Below, in pieces: positions 30,237 to 39,549 of a DNA stretch of 50,288 nucleotides. Below the pieces are notes generated by a model. The model was not told the DNA's origin and did no database searches. It saw nothing but the letters and a program-made list of their open reading frames with translations. Both the position numbers and the translations under genes were made by a program. Source of the stretch: an uncultured Bacilli bacterium (GTDB taxonomy: Bacteria; Bacillota_I; Bacilli_A; RF39; UBA660). The DNA is taken from the NCBI GenBank assembly GCA_904374795.1, contig CAJFEV010000009.1:1-50288 (forward strand), read 5' to 3'. Numbering within the stretch: position 1 is the first letter of the stretch; every line of letters starts with the position of its first letter.

Positions 30237-30971
30237 ATGAGTAGACGTAGAAGAAGAAAAAAAAGAAAAAATTTGGTTAACCGTTTTCTTATCATGATTA
30301 TTATTTTTTTGATTATGTCTGTAGTTGTTTATTATGTAGAACCTATTAGAGAATATTTACCTTTTATTAATGGTAGTTATGCGACTAAAATGGAGGTTCC
30401 TACTTATGAAGGAAAGCTTTATAAAGTTTTAAATAATAATCAACCTAATTTTGAAGAGAGTGATTATACAACAACTTCTTTTGAGCGTTATAGTGATTTA
30501 GATGCGTTGGGAAGATGTGGGGTAGCTTTTGCAAATATTAGTCAAGAGCTTATGCCAACAGAGGATAGAGAAAGTATTAGTTCTGTTGAGCCAAGTGGTT
30601 GGCAATCAGTAAAGTATGATATTGTAGATGGTAAGTATTTGTATAATCGATGTCATTTGATTGGGTTTCAGTTAGCAGGAGAGAACGCGAATGAAAAAAA
30701 TTTGATTACTTGTACTCGAACAATGAATGTAGAAGGGATGCTACCTTTTGAGAATCGGGTTGCTGAATATGTAAAAGAAACAAATCATCATGTTCTATAT
30801 CGAGTTACGCCAGTTTTTGAAGAAAATAATTTGGTAGCAAGTGGAGTACAAATTGAAGCTAGTAGTGTAGAAGACAAATGTGGAGAAGTTTGTTTTAATG
30901 TTTTTGTTTATAATATAGAAGAGGGAATTACTATTGATTATTTAACAGGTAAGAGTAAATTGGCAACATAA
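30237..30971 (+). CDS. Membrane-anchored DNA/RNA non-specific endonuclease (Endonuclease_NS_2-like)
   Basis: N-terminal RRRRKKRK plus TM anchor. YNRCHLIGFQLAGENANEKNLITCTRTMN resembles the (D)RGHLIA..N..TQ..N active-site region of streptococcal secreted DNases. Confidence 0.6.
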   Translation: MSRRRRRKKRKNLVNRFLIMIIIFLIMSVVVYYVEPIREYLPFINGSYATKMEVPTYEGKLYKVLNNNQPNFEESDYTTTSFERYSDLDALGRCGVAFANISQELMPTEDRESISSVEPSGWQSVKYDIVDGKYLYNRCHLIGFQLAGENANEKNLITCTRTMNVEGMLPFENRVAEYVKETNHHVLYRVTPVFEENNLVASGVQIEASSVEDKCGEVCFNVFVYNIEEGITIDYLTGKSKLAT

Positions 30972-30990
30972 ATTTTTTGTTGCTTTTTTT
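30963..30990 (+). terminator. Rho-independent terminator
   Basis: GCAACA (30963-30968) / TGTTGC (30978-30983) followed by TTTTTTT. Confidence 0.55.
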
Positions 30991-31019
30991 CTTTCTTTTT
31001 GATATAGTATTAATGCAAT

Positions 31020-31094
31020 GCAGGTGTGGTTCAGTGGCTAGAATGCGACCTTGCCAAGGTTGAGACGGGAGTTCGATTCTCCTCACTTGCTCCA
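31020..31094 (+). tRNA. tRNA-Gly (anticodon GCC)
   Basis: 75 nt folded by hand: acceptor GCAGGTG/CACTTGC, D arm GTTC..GAAT, anticodon stem CGACC/GGTTG with loop TTGCCAA, T arm GGGAG-TTCGATT-CTCCT, discriminator T, encoded CCA. Confidence 0.9.
31049..31094 (+). repeat. attL: 46-bp direct repeat (3' part of tRNA-Gly)
   Basis: CCTTGCCAAGGTTGAGACGGGAGTTCGATTCTCCTCACTTGCTCCA, identical to 49698-49743. The base before each copy differs. Confidence 0.9.
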
Positions 31095-31116
31095 TCGATT
31101 CTCCTCACTTGCTCCA
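31095..31116 (+). repeat. Tandem extra copy of the last 22 nt of the tRNA
   Basis: TCGATTCTCCTCACTTGCTCCA occurs at 31073-31094 and again at 31095-31116. Confidence 0.9.
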
Positions 31117-31127
31117 AAATGTCTACA

Positions 31128-31152
31128 AAGCCTTTATTCAAGGGCTTTTTTA
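31128..31152 (+). terminator. Weak terminator-like hairpin downstream of the tRNA (island-borne)
   Basis: AAGCCTT..AAGGGCTT stem followed by TTTTT. Confidence 0.35.
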
Positions 31153-31227
31153 ATGATTTTTTATAAAAAAATACCTGTTTTTTTGCTAAATTTTATCATT
31201 TTTTCCTACTTTTTAGTCCTCGTGTGT

Positions 31228-31240
31228 AAATTGTGTGTAA
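31228..31240 (+). repeat. 13-bp AAATTGTGTGTAA repeat near the left end (partner at 49545-49557)
   Basis: Exact 13-mer in the same orientation near both island ends, within GTGTGT-rich context (CGTGTGTAAATTGTGTGTAACTAATACACAG). Confidence 0.6.
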
Positions 31241-31318
31241 CTAATACACAGTTTTCTTTATTTTTCCAAGAAAAAATGGCAATAAAAAATCCCAAAAGTT
31301 TCATAATTTTTTGGGATA

Positions 31319-32869
31319 TTATCCATCAGGAACTAATAAATTAATTTCTTGATATATTGGTTTAAATCCAACAAAAATAGCTTGTAATTCTTTATCAGTT
31401 AATGTGCTATCAATCGCCGATATCTTGGTGAATATTGGGTAAAGATTACATAAATAATCTTGAAAATATTTAAGATCTTTTGAAAAAGACTCGTCATCTA
31501 TTGGCTTATTAAAAATTTTAATCATAATTTCTTTTAATTGCTTTTGATTTTGAAATCTTCCTACTACAATAGAATATAGTTCATAAACATTGAGACCTAA
31601 AGTATTTCTAAATTCTTGATCAAACTTTTCAGTAAGTTTTCTATCATCATCTAAATTAGTTTGATTATATGTATTTAAGAAAGTTTCAACTTTAGTCCAT
31701 CCACCTCTATTCATTAACGTTTTAAGATTGTTTTCTCCTCGTGCCATAAAAGTATGAGAGGAATGCCTTAGGTTCTTAAGGGGTAAGTTTTGAAAACCTA
31801 ATAAATGAATAAATTTTCTCCATTCCTCAGTAAATCGGGAAGGATCAATAAAAACATTATCATCCCATGAAGTAAAAATAAAATCATCATTTGTTATATA
31901 CCAGCCACAGGCTTCTTTAAATTTTCGATAAAAATCTATCAATTTTAAAGCTTCTGAACTCAGAGCTATTTCCCTATAACTACCTAAAGTTTTTAAGTCT
32001 TTGATAATTAGTTTTCCCGTCAAACGTGATTTTACGATAGCTCTTGATATATTAATAGACATCCTAAATCGATTGATATCCGAGTATTTAATGGCTGCAA
32101 TTTCTTCAATTCGTAAACCTAATTCTAAAAATAAATTTACTAATAATTTAAAGCGAATATTCTTTTTACTAACTTCTCGTAAAACATAGTGCATTTCATC
32201 CAAAATCAAATAATTCTGTTTTTGAGGTTTATAAGATGGTTTGTTATCTATAGAAGTAAATGGATTTGTTTTAATGATTTTTAATTCTTTGCGGTAATAC
32301 TCAAAACTTGAATGCAAAAGAGAATAGGGATTTGTTAAAGTATTTACAGAAATGACACCATCTTTTTTCGTGCTTTTAACTGGTTTAATTTCTCTCATAT
32401 TCTCGACAATTTGTCGTGCCATTTCTTCATCAATATCCACAATTTTTTTATCCAAAATATGAAGTTCTTGAATGTATCTACTTTTAAAACTGAGAATATC
32501 TTTTTCATATGTACTTCTTTCTAAATTCTTCTTTTGTACTTGTATCAATCGATATTCAAAATATTTTTCAAATCCCATTTCTAAAGTCATGCTGTTTTGA
32601 GAGTCTTTAGTTTCTAAAAGTTCTTTTTCTTTTGCATCTATGAAAGCATGGAAGGTTTGCCATTTCCATTTTATAGCTTCTATTAAATCATGAGTAACTT
32701 TAGTTGGTCTTTTAGTACCAAATTTAAGATAAACCCGAAATTTATTAGGAGCTATTTCATAAATTCCTTTTAAATCATTATCTGTAATTCCTAATCGTTT
32801 AGCTTCACTAAATGATATAGAAAAACCTTGTAAAGCCTCTTTAGTAAGAGTTTGTTTGTTACTCGCCAT
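31319..32869 (-). CDS. int: Tyrosine-type site-specific integrase with a ~110-aa C-terminal extension
   Basis: LELGLRIEEIAAIKYSDI (Arg I), NLRHSSHTFMARG (H-x-x-H/R box) and GGWTKVETFLNTYNQ (catalytic Tyr). Lies adjacent to the tRNA att site. Confidence 0.85.
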   Translation of the reverse strand: MASNKQTLTKEALQGFSISFSEAKRLGITDNDLKGIYEIAPNKFRVYLKFGTKRPTKVTHDLIEAIKWKWQTFHAFIDAKEKELLETKDSQNSMTLEMGFEKYFEYRLIQVQKKNLERSTYEKDILSFKSRYIQELHILDKKIVDIDEEMARQIVENMREIKPVKSTKKDGVISVNTLTNPYSLLHSSFEYYRKELKIIKTNPFTSIDNKPSYKPQKQNYLILDEMHYVLREVSKKNIRFKLLVNLFLELGLRIEEIAAIKYSDINRFRMSINISRAIVKSRLTGKLIIKDLKTLGSYREIALSSEALKLIDFYRKFKEACGWYITNDDFIFTSWDDNVFIDPSRFTEEWRKFIHLLGFQNLPLKNLRHSSHTFMARGENNLKTLMNRGGWTKVETFLNTYNQTNLDDDRKLTEKFDQEFRNTLGLNVYELYSIVVGRFQNQKQLKEIMIKIFNKPIDDESFSKDLKYFQDYLCNLYPIFTKISAIDSTLTDKELQAIFVGFKPIYQEINLLVPDG

Positions 32870-33185
32870 ACCGTCGCCATCTTTCTAACTGTTTTGCTGT
32901 GTCGTCAGTGTATACTTTTCCTTCTAAAAGTTTTTCAATATCAGGAATTTTAAAATGTCTTACATGACCAATCCATGTAACAGGTAATTTTCCTTCTTGA
33001 ATACATTTGGTCAAAAAATATTTAGATAATTTGGGATAGAGTTTTAAAATATCATTTATGCTATACAATTCATCTTTTTCAGTGTGTAAGCTTTCTTTAA
33101 ACATATTATCTTCATAAGACTTAATAAGTTGTCCTATTTGAATAAATAAATCGCTTAATTTAGTAATTTCTTGATTCATAATCAT
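32859..33185 (-). CDS. xis: Excisionase-like HTH (HTH_17/MerR-type) protein
   Basis: YSINDILKLYPKLSKYFLTKCIQEGKLPVTWIGHVRHFKIPDIEKLL. Overlaps the int start by 11 nt. Confidence 0.55.
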   Translation of the reverse strand: MIMNQEITKLSDLFIQIGQLIKSYEDNMFKESLHTEKDELYSINDILKLYPKLSKYFLTKCIQEGKLPVTWIGHVRHFKIPDIEKLLEGKVYTDDTAKQLERWRRYGE

Positions 33186-33592
33186 TTCTCCTTCATTTTT
33201 TCATCAATGGTTATTTCCTTGTTTAAATTAGATTTCAAAAAATTGATGATATAATCTCGGACTTCATCATGTAATTCTGAAGCTCTATTTTGAGTAAATA
33301 AAGTTGATTTAACATTATCACTCCATGTATTATTTTCTTTACAATCAGTATGATATCCAATTAAAACTCGCATTTGATTATTACAATCTCTTTCTTTTGG
33401 TAAATATGCCCATATACAATAATCGAGTTCGGGAGCATATTTATCATACACTTTTAATAAACCGCCTTGTTCAATGCCATCATTAAAAATCTCGATAATT
33501 CCATCTATATCTATCTTATCTTTCAATAGTTCATTTCCTACGGAATTAAAAATAGATATTACTTTCTTTATTCTATCGCTCCAAACAACCAT
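33182..33592 (-). CDS. Hypothetical protein
   Basis: ORF with a 4-nt overlap onto xis. ATG 33592 (MVVWSDRIKK) preferred over the upstream GTG at 33637. Confidence 0.45.
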   Translation of the reverse strand: MVVWSDRIKKVISIFNSVGNELLKDKIDIDGIIEIFNDGIEQGGLLKVYDKYAPELDYCIWAYLPKERDCNNQMRVLIGYHTDCKENNTWSDNVKSTLFTQNRASELHDEVRDYIINFLKSNLNKEITIDEKMKEK

Positions 33593-33912
33593 AATATCAC
33601 TTCTTTCTAAAAATACTTGTAATTTGAATGTTACCACAAATAAAATTAATTAAAACCCTCTGCTGAAAGATAGTTTATATAAGTTTATACTGTTGTAGCT
33701 TTGAAAAAGCTAAAAATTTCTTATTAAAATTTTTAGCATTCCAATTAGTAGTATCCTTATATATTTAATAAATACTTCTATTTTTACTATTATAACGAGA
33801 TTTCATGGCTGCGAGAAACTGCTCGTCAGTTTAGCTTATTTAAAGCTCAGCACTTTAGATTTTTATAGTTCTAATAGAGCTTGTACTCTTACATTTTCGT
33901 AAAAGCTCAGCT

Positions 33913-34281
33913 CTACAAAGACCTAAGCAAATCTAATAGCATTTTTTTACTTATTTGTGCTTGTACGTCTTCATCTACATACGATAGATACCATAAATGA
34001 CTTGTAATATCTTCTTGAAGTTTCTTTGTCTCACTATCAATGTTAGGTAGTTTATCATATTTTTTAAAACACTTATCGCATACAAGTACATGATTAAGCC
34101 ATACTAGGTAGCCGTGACTTATAGATTTATTACAGAAATCACAAACTACCCGATGACTTGATATATAATTATCCGAACTATCAAGAAACAAGTAACTATA
34201 GCCATTCGCAGTATATTGAAGCTCTTTTCTGGCTTCTTTAAGTCCTGCGATAGGATTATTCATTTTTTCTTGTAATTTCAT
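33913..34281 (-). CDS. Zinc-ribbon protein
   Basis: CDFC-x17-CDKC four-Cys motif. RBS GGGAGGTGAAAT upstream. Confidence 0.5.
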   Translation of the reverse strand: MKLQEKMNNPIAGLKEARKELQYTANGYSYLFLDSSDNYISSHRVVCDFCNKSISHGYLVWLNHVLVCDKCFKKYDKLPNIDSETKKLQEDITSHLWYLSYVDEDVQAQISKKMLLDLLRSL

Positions 34282-34317
34282 AAAAATTTCACCTCCCTTC
34301 TAAATATTGTTCGCACT

Positions 34318-35271
34318 TTAATTAGTTTCATTTTTTCCATCCTTTCTATAAAACGTTGACAATTCTTCAAATGGTATTGCAACATTTTTTCCTTTTATGT
34401 TGTTAAATTCTGCTACAGTTAAAGGAGATATACTGTCTTTTTTCTTCATAAGATAATAAGCAATATAACATTCATTTACAATTCCTTTTCCATATTCTAA
34501 AAATGCTGGAATTATAATTTCTGTAGCAGAATTTATACTCTTAATAACCTTTAATCCTAAACATACTCCAGGCAATTTAGAACACATAGCCTTAAAATCC
34601 ACGTATTTATGTTTAGCTGGGATATTGCAAATTTCTAAAATTGTTGTACAATCTTGATCTGTACATTTAGGGCCGTATCTTTTTAATACAGTACCAATAG
34701 GCATGACAATCTTCGTTCTAAAACTATTAATGATTAAAAATGTAGTTTTAGTTTGATTAGCCAGTGCCTTATATTTTTTAAAAAGAAGATTTAAAGGGCG
34801 TGAATCATAATTACTATTATTATTAGTAATCGAAATCCCTTTCTTAGCACCCTTATGCTTCAAATTTAAATAACCACTGTTAATCAGATTCGGTAAAGAA
34901 TCAATAATAACTAATGAAACTGACTCTTCAATAAACCCATCAATAACTTCTTCTAAGGATTCAAAGTTATTAATTTTAAACAAATTGAAATATGTGCCAT
35001 CATAAGAAGATAAGCCTATAGTTTTGAGTTTATTATTGGTAACAGAATTATCTGCATCAATGTATAAAACAGTCTTGCCTAAGCTACAGTAACTTAAAGC
35101 AATCTGTAAAGCTATAGTGGTTTTTCCAGAAGTAGATTCTCCTACAATTTGTGTAAACGCACCTGGTGTAAAAGCATCTAGAAGATCTAAAGGAAAAATG
35201 TTTATTTTCAAATCTTCTGTATTTACTGTGAAATCAGCGTATTTTTTTAATAAATATTCTTTCATATTCAT
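34318..35271 (-). CDS. RecA-family ATPase / recombinase-like protein
   Basis: Walker A GESTSGKTT, VLYIDADNS and Walker B LVIIDSLPNL follow the same order as RecA (GPESSGKTT, FIDAEHA, VVDSVAAL). FLIINSFRTKI resembles RecA FINQIR. Confidence 0.65.
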   Translation of the reverse strand: MNMKEYLLKKYADFTVNTEDLKINIFPLDLLDAFTPGAFTQIVGESTSGKTTIALQIALSYCSLGKTVLYIDADNSVTNNKLKTIGLSSYDGTYFNLFKINNFESLEEVIDGFIEESVSLVIIDSLPNLINSGYLNLKHKGAKKGISITNNNSNYDSRPLNLLFKKYKALANQTKTTFLIINSFRTKIVMPIGTVLKRYGPKCTDQDCTTILEICNIPAKHKYVDFKAMCSKLPGVCLGLKVIKSINSATEIIIPAFLEYGKGIVNECYIAYYLMKKKDSISPLTVAEFNNIKGKNVAIPFEELSTFYRKDGKNETN

Positions 35272-36587
35272 TCTCCTTTCAAAAATTCATTTATATCTAT
35301 AGGCGACATCGATGGTGAATTATTATCTGGCAGTATATCCTCCATACTATAATCTTTTTGTGTTGGAATCGGAGGTTCACCAGCAATATAGAATTCTCCA
35401 TCAGCATAGGTGTTAACCGTATCTAATGGAAGAGCGGCTCCTCTTAGTTTCACAGCTCCAATTTTAAATAATTTGGAAACCTGAGACATAGTGTCTGTAT
35501 ATACAGTCACGATGTATGAAGAGGCTCTTTCTAATTCGCTAGCTTCAGCAATTTGATTTATTTTGTAATTACCATTATGCTTGCTAGCGTAATCAATGCC
35601 TTCACGATTAACTTGTGAAAGTAAAATAACTATGATTTCACGTTCGGTTCCTAAAAAAGATAAACATTGTTTTCTAAAAAAGGAAACATAACGATTAATA
35701 ATAGAAAATTCACTTTCATTTGATGAAAGATTCTCAGAGTATTTTAATAATTGAACGTGATCGATGACTAAAATATCAATGCCATGATCCGGTTCATGAT
35801 TTTTAGAAAAATACTCTTGTTTAATACATTCATCAACTTGCTGGATTTTTTCCTCAAAAATCTTTGTGCTATATTCTCCTAAGTCACTTTCTCCTAAAAC
35901 ATGAAAACATCCTTTTAAATTTGAAAAATAATCATAAAGGTCATGAAATAGAAATGACTTATCTTCGTCAGAAAGTTTGTTCTGTGTAATATCTTGAACA
36001 GATAAAGAATGTCCTATAATATGAGAAATTCGTGAAAATATCTTATTCAAAATATTAAATGGTGTTTCTTCTAAAGAAAAATAGCATACATTATATCCAG
36101 ACTTTACTGCGTTTAAACATATGTTAACTGCATATGTAGTTTTCATGCATCCGGGTCCTCCAGCTATTGTGCATAAATTACCTGGTAGTAATCCTCCTGT
36201 ACGTTTGTCAAGTTCTTCACATAAAAGAGATACACCTTGAATTTTTTTAGAATTCGAATATATATCTATATACTTATTTAATATAGAAACATAATCAGAC
36301 TTACTAGCCTCAATAGCTATAAGTAAATCACGAATCTTATCATTTGCAGTACTATCTAAGTATTTATTGGATGATAAGTATTCATTTAAAGCTTTTATTT
36401 GCTTTAGAATGTCTACATCCGTACTACATAAACGACTTAATTCATTTAAATGATGCAAAACTTTTGAATAATCTTGCCTTAATACTGAATTTTCTAATGC
36501 AGGTCCTATTTCATCGTAGAACACGTTACAAAACTTATGATTATTAAAGCCAATTACTATATGTTCATCTTTTTTTTGAACATTCAT
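35268..36587 (-). CDS. DnaB-family helicase (C-terminal ATPase domain) with a novel N-terminal region
   Basis: Walker A GGPGCMKTT, FSLEETPFNIL (compare FSLEMS), Walker B ILVIDHVQLL, LLSQVNREG (compare SQLxR), ASELERASSYIV. Confidence 0.75.
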   Translation of the reverse strand: MNVQKKDEHIVIGFNNHKFCNVFYDEIGPALENSVLRQDYSKVLHHLNELSRLCSTDVDILKQIKALNEYLSSNKYLDSTANDKIRDLLIAIEASKSDYVSILNKYIDIYSNSKKIQGVSLLCEELDKRTGGLLPGNLCTIAGGPGCMKTTYAVNICLNAVKSGYNVCYFSLEETPFNILNKIFSRISHIIGHSLSVQDITQNKLSDEDKSFLFHDLYDYFSNLKGCFHVLGESDLGEYSTKIFEEKIQQVDECIKQEYFSKNHEPDHGIDILVIDHVQLLKYSENLSSNESEFSIINRYVSFFRKQCLSFLGTEREIIVILLSQVNREGIDYASKHNGNYKINQIAEASELERASSYIVTVYTDTMSQVSKLFKIGAVKLRGAALPLDTVNTYADGEFYIAGEPPIPTQKDYSMEDILPDNNSPSMSPIDINEFLKGE

Positions 36588-36732
36588 AATGATCCTCCTT
36601 TCTAATTAAAATTTGAAAATTATTAAACAGTTATCAATGATTTTTTATCATCAAAAACTATAATTTTCATATCAAACTTCTTGCTTGATGTATTCATGAT
36701 ATCGCATGCCTAATTGATAATCTAGGTTAAGT

Positions 36733-36779
36733 ATTATCGTTGAATTATCGTTGACATTTGAAGTAAAATCTTATAGACT
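36733..36779 (+). promoter_or_regulatory. Promoter TTGACA-N17-TAGACT overlapped by a perfect tandem 11-bp repeat ATTATCGTTGA x2
   Basis: Repeats at 36733-36743 and 36744-36754. TTGACA 36751-36756, TAGACT 36774-36779. Confidence 0.5.
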
Positions 36780-36806
36780 AACTAACAATTGAAAGGATGT
36801 GTTTTC

Positions 36807-38822
36807 ATGGAAAAACAAAATAGAAAAAAATATCGTAAAGATTTTGGCGTGGATGATAGCCTAAAAAGTAACGAAATTTATATAAGCCAATTTGTTGAAC
36901 TAGAGCAAAACATAACTAGTCAATTAAAAGAAAATACTTCTTTAACTGAAAAGGAAATAAACAATAAAGAGTTTTTAGAAAGAAACATTGGCTCCAAAAA
37001 TGTAACTGTTAATTTAGATTTAATAATTAGGGTAATAGATTCTATATTTCAAGAATATCAAACTAATTATTTAGTTAAGGAAAAATTTAAAACTTTAAAG
37101 GAACTTATAAAATATTTATCAAAAGACATGGAAAAACAAATAATTAAGCAGCTAGAAAGCATTGAAGACAATATATCGCCTAATTTATCTGAAAATGAAA
37201 TATTTTTAAAAAAAATTGAGAACTCTCAAAATGGAATTGGTAACTTAGATTTAATAATTGATATAATAACAGATATCGTAAAATTCAAATCTCAAGAATT
37301 TTCAACAGTATATAAAAGCAAAAACGACGAGATCCGTCAAATTCTAAACAGATTTATAAAATACGCATTGAAAAACACAGAAAATCAGGTAATCGAACAG
37401 TTAAAAAATATCAAAAAAAATACTGCAAATAATTTTTCTGTAAACGAAACAACCTTGAAACAATTTGAAGATTCTCAAAATATAACTGTTAATTTAGATT
37501 TAGTAATTAATACAATAAGAAATACCATAACCCTTAAGTCTCAGAATTTTCAAAGTGAATCTCAAAATAAATATGAAAAAGAAACAATAACCTGTTTTAT
37601 AAACTATATTTTAAAAAATGTTGAAACAAAATTAATTGATCAATTAACGGAAAATGAAAAAAACATTATAGCCAATTTTCCTTATGACAGCCAGTTTTTG
37701 GAAAAACCTACGGATCCTTCAAATATATATACAATTGCGGAAAATGTAATTATCGATGTGGAGGAAATTTTTGAAGAAATAACAAGAATTGGAAAAAATA
37801 TATCTCTAGAGTTTCAAAAAGAATATAAAGTCAAAAATGGAAAAAAATGTGATAATTTATACAGTCTAAAAAAATTTGCGTTGAAAAATATGAACAAAAA
37901 AGTAAATTATTATTATGGAAAATTCATAATAGAGTGGGGTTATCCATATCTTACATCTGTAACAATTGGTAATCACGAAGGCTATAAATCTTTTCTGGAA
38001 GATTGTCTTCTTATATATCATTATTATGATTTGCATAACAAAATATGGGAATATGAAAATTTTTATATAGACGAGGATGAGAATCAAAATCAAAAGGAAT
38101 TTGGTAAAATTCAAAAAGCATGGAACTTTATAAATCCTAAAAACGAGGAAAAATACAACAAATTACATGCTTTTTATTCAATCTTTTCTAATTATAGTTT
38201 TACATCTACAGCATATAATCCACATTTTCATAATCAAGTAAAAAGACTAACTAGCGAAAAACAAACTAATAAAGTTTTAACAAAAGATGAAATAAAGAAT
38301 CAATTATTTTACATGAGAGCAGAACTCATGCAACTAATTGTTAAAAAAATGCAATTGTCAAATATTGATTTATTCGTACTTTACTTACCGATGATTAATA
38401 GAGACACTCAAACATTCAAATATAAAGTTACAGCACAATCTCTGATGGCTATCGCTTATCACAAGTTATTAATAAACTTAACTTCTAAAATATATGGTCC
38501 GCAAAAAATCAAGTGTATTTATTGTGATAACTACATTGAAAAAAGTAATAATAAGAAAATATGTAATGTATGTCAAGAAAAAGGAATTGCTAAAAAGCAA
38601 GCCAGAAAAAAATACGAACAAAAAGCAGATAGAAAAAAGCAGTATGGCAGTCGAGAAAATGCGAAAAAATATCTAAAAGAAATACATGAAAAAGACCCTG
38701 AAAACATTCCAAAGCAACTTGCTAAAGAAATCCAAAAATATGATAACAAAAAAATCAGCTATAAAGATGAAGAACCCTTAAAAAAGATATTAATACAAAT
38801 AAAAAATGAAGAGTCAATGTAG
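36807..38822 (+). CDS. Repeat-containing protein: four ~83-aa internal repeats, an unknown central domain, a C-terminal CxxC..CxxC zinc ribbon and a Lys-rich tail
   Basis: Repeats anchored on N(V/I)TVNLDL(I/V)I..I (three clear copies, one degenerate). CIYCDNYIEKSNNKKICNVCQEK. ATG 36807 with AAAGGA RBS. Confidence 0.55.
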   Translation: MEKQNRKKYRKDFGVDDSLKSNEIYISQFVELEQNITSQLKENTSLTEKEINNKEFLERNIGSKNVTVNLDLIIRVIDSIFQEYQTNYLVKEKFKTLKELIKYLSKDMEKQIIKQLESIEDNISPNLSENEIFLKKIENSQNGIGNLDLIIDIITDIVKFKSQEFSTVYKSKNDEIRQILNRFIKYALKNTENQVIEQLKNIKKNTANNFSVNETTLKQFEDSQNITVNLDLVINTIRNTITLKSQNFQSESQNKYEKETITCFINYILKNVETKLIDQLTENEKNIIANFPYDSQFLEKPTDPSNIYTIAENVIIDVEEIFEEITRIGKNISLEFQKEYKVKNGKKCDNLYSLKKFALKNMNKKVNYYYGKFIIEWGYPYLTSVTIGNHEGYKSFLEDCLLIYHYYDLHNKIWEYENFYIDEDENQNQKEFGKIQKAWNFINPKNEEKYNKLHAFYSIFSNYSFTSTAYNPHFHNQVKRLTSEKQTNKVLTKDEIKNQLFYMRAELMQLIVKKMQLSNIDLFVLYLPMINRDTQTFKYKVTAQSLMAIAYHKLLINLTSKIYGPQKIKCIYCDNYIEKSNNKKICNVCQEKGIAKKQARKKYEQKADRKKQYGSRENAKKYLKEIHEKDPENIPKQLAKEIQKYDNKKISYKDEEPLKKILIQIKNEESM

Positions 38823-38827
38823 ATTCT

Positions 38828-39442
38828 TCATTCTTCATAAATATGGATATTATTGTAACAAGTATTTCGACACTTACCCCATAACCGTGCCATTTCAGAA
38901 AGATTTATAGTACCAGCTTTATATTGTAAATAGTACTTTAAGAACATTGGATCATTTTCCAGTGTTTTTTTCGTTACAATTGGTCTTCCTAACTTGATAC
39001 CTTTTTTAACTGCATTATTTAATCCTAAACGTATTTGAAACTGTTTGACTTTTAAATCGAATGACGAAAAAACTGCTAATATCTGTAACATAGCACTTGT
39101 CATAATATCTAATTCATCTTTTCTACAATCAAAAACTAAAGATCCAACTTCTAAACATAATTTATTATTCTCAACAAAATCCAAAATCTCTAAAAATGTT
39201 TTAAGATTTCTAGCAAGCCTAGTAATATCTGTAGCTACAATTTTAGAAACACCTGGTTTAACAATTTTAAATAATTTATCTAATTCAACTCTTTTATCAA
39301 AATCAACTTTACCTGAAATATACTCAATAAAAATATTTTCTTGTGGAACTCCTTTTCTTATTAACTCTGTAACTTCATACTGTACATCTTGCCTTTGTGT
39401 ACTACATCTAGCAATACCATAAACTTCATTTGTATCATTCAT
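38828..39442 (-). CDS. Small serine recombinase (resolvase/invertase family)
   Basis: YGIARCSTQRQD catalytic-Ser context, IVATDITRLARN, C-terminal HTH INLSEMARLWGKCRNTCYN. ATG 39442 preferred over the track start at 39475. Confidence 0.8.
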   Translation of the reverse strand: MNDTNEVYGIARCSTQRQDVQYEVTELIRKGVPQENIFIEYISGKVDFDKRVELDKLFKIVKPGVSKIVATDITRLARNLKTFLEILDFVENNKLCLEVGSLVFDCRKDELDIMTSAMLQILAVFSSFDLKVKQFQIRLGLNNAVKKGIKLGRPIVTKKTLENDPMFLKYYLQYKAGTINLSEMARLWGKCRNTCYNNIHIYEE

Positions 39443-39464
39443 AAATAGATTTCCTTTCTTTACC

Positions 39465-39505
39465 AAACTGCCCAATAAAACCTCTAAAACATTTATTGAA
39501 CACTT
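39465..39505. repeat. Unit 1 of a direct repeat upstream of the serine recombinase gene (res-like)
   Basis: AAACTGCCCAATAAAAC (39465-39481) and TTGAACACTT (39496-39505) recur at 39550-39566 and 39577-39586. Confidence 0.6.
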
Positions 39506-39549
39506 TTTAAATTTTTAACATTTAAAATACCCCAATTTATCCAAGATTT

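Noticed and set aside
31051-31344. 97-aa plus-strand ORF starting inside tRNA-Gly
   Set aside because: It begins within the tRNA and att repeat and crosses the intergenic island end. It is low-complexity and not credible as coding.
39045-39422. 125-aa plus-strand ORF antisense to the serine recombinase
   Set aside because: It lies entirely within the recombinase gene, which has clear catalytic motifs, and it has no RBS.
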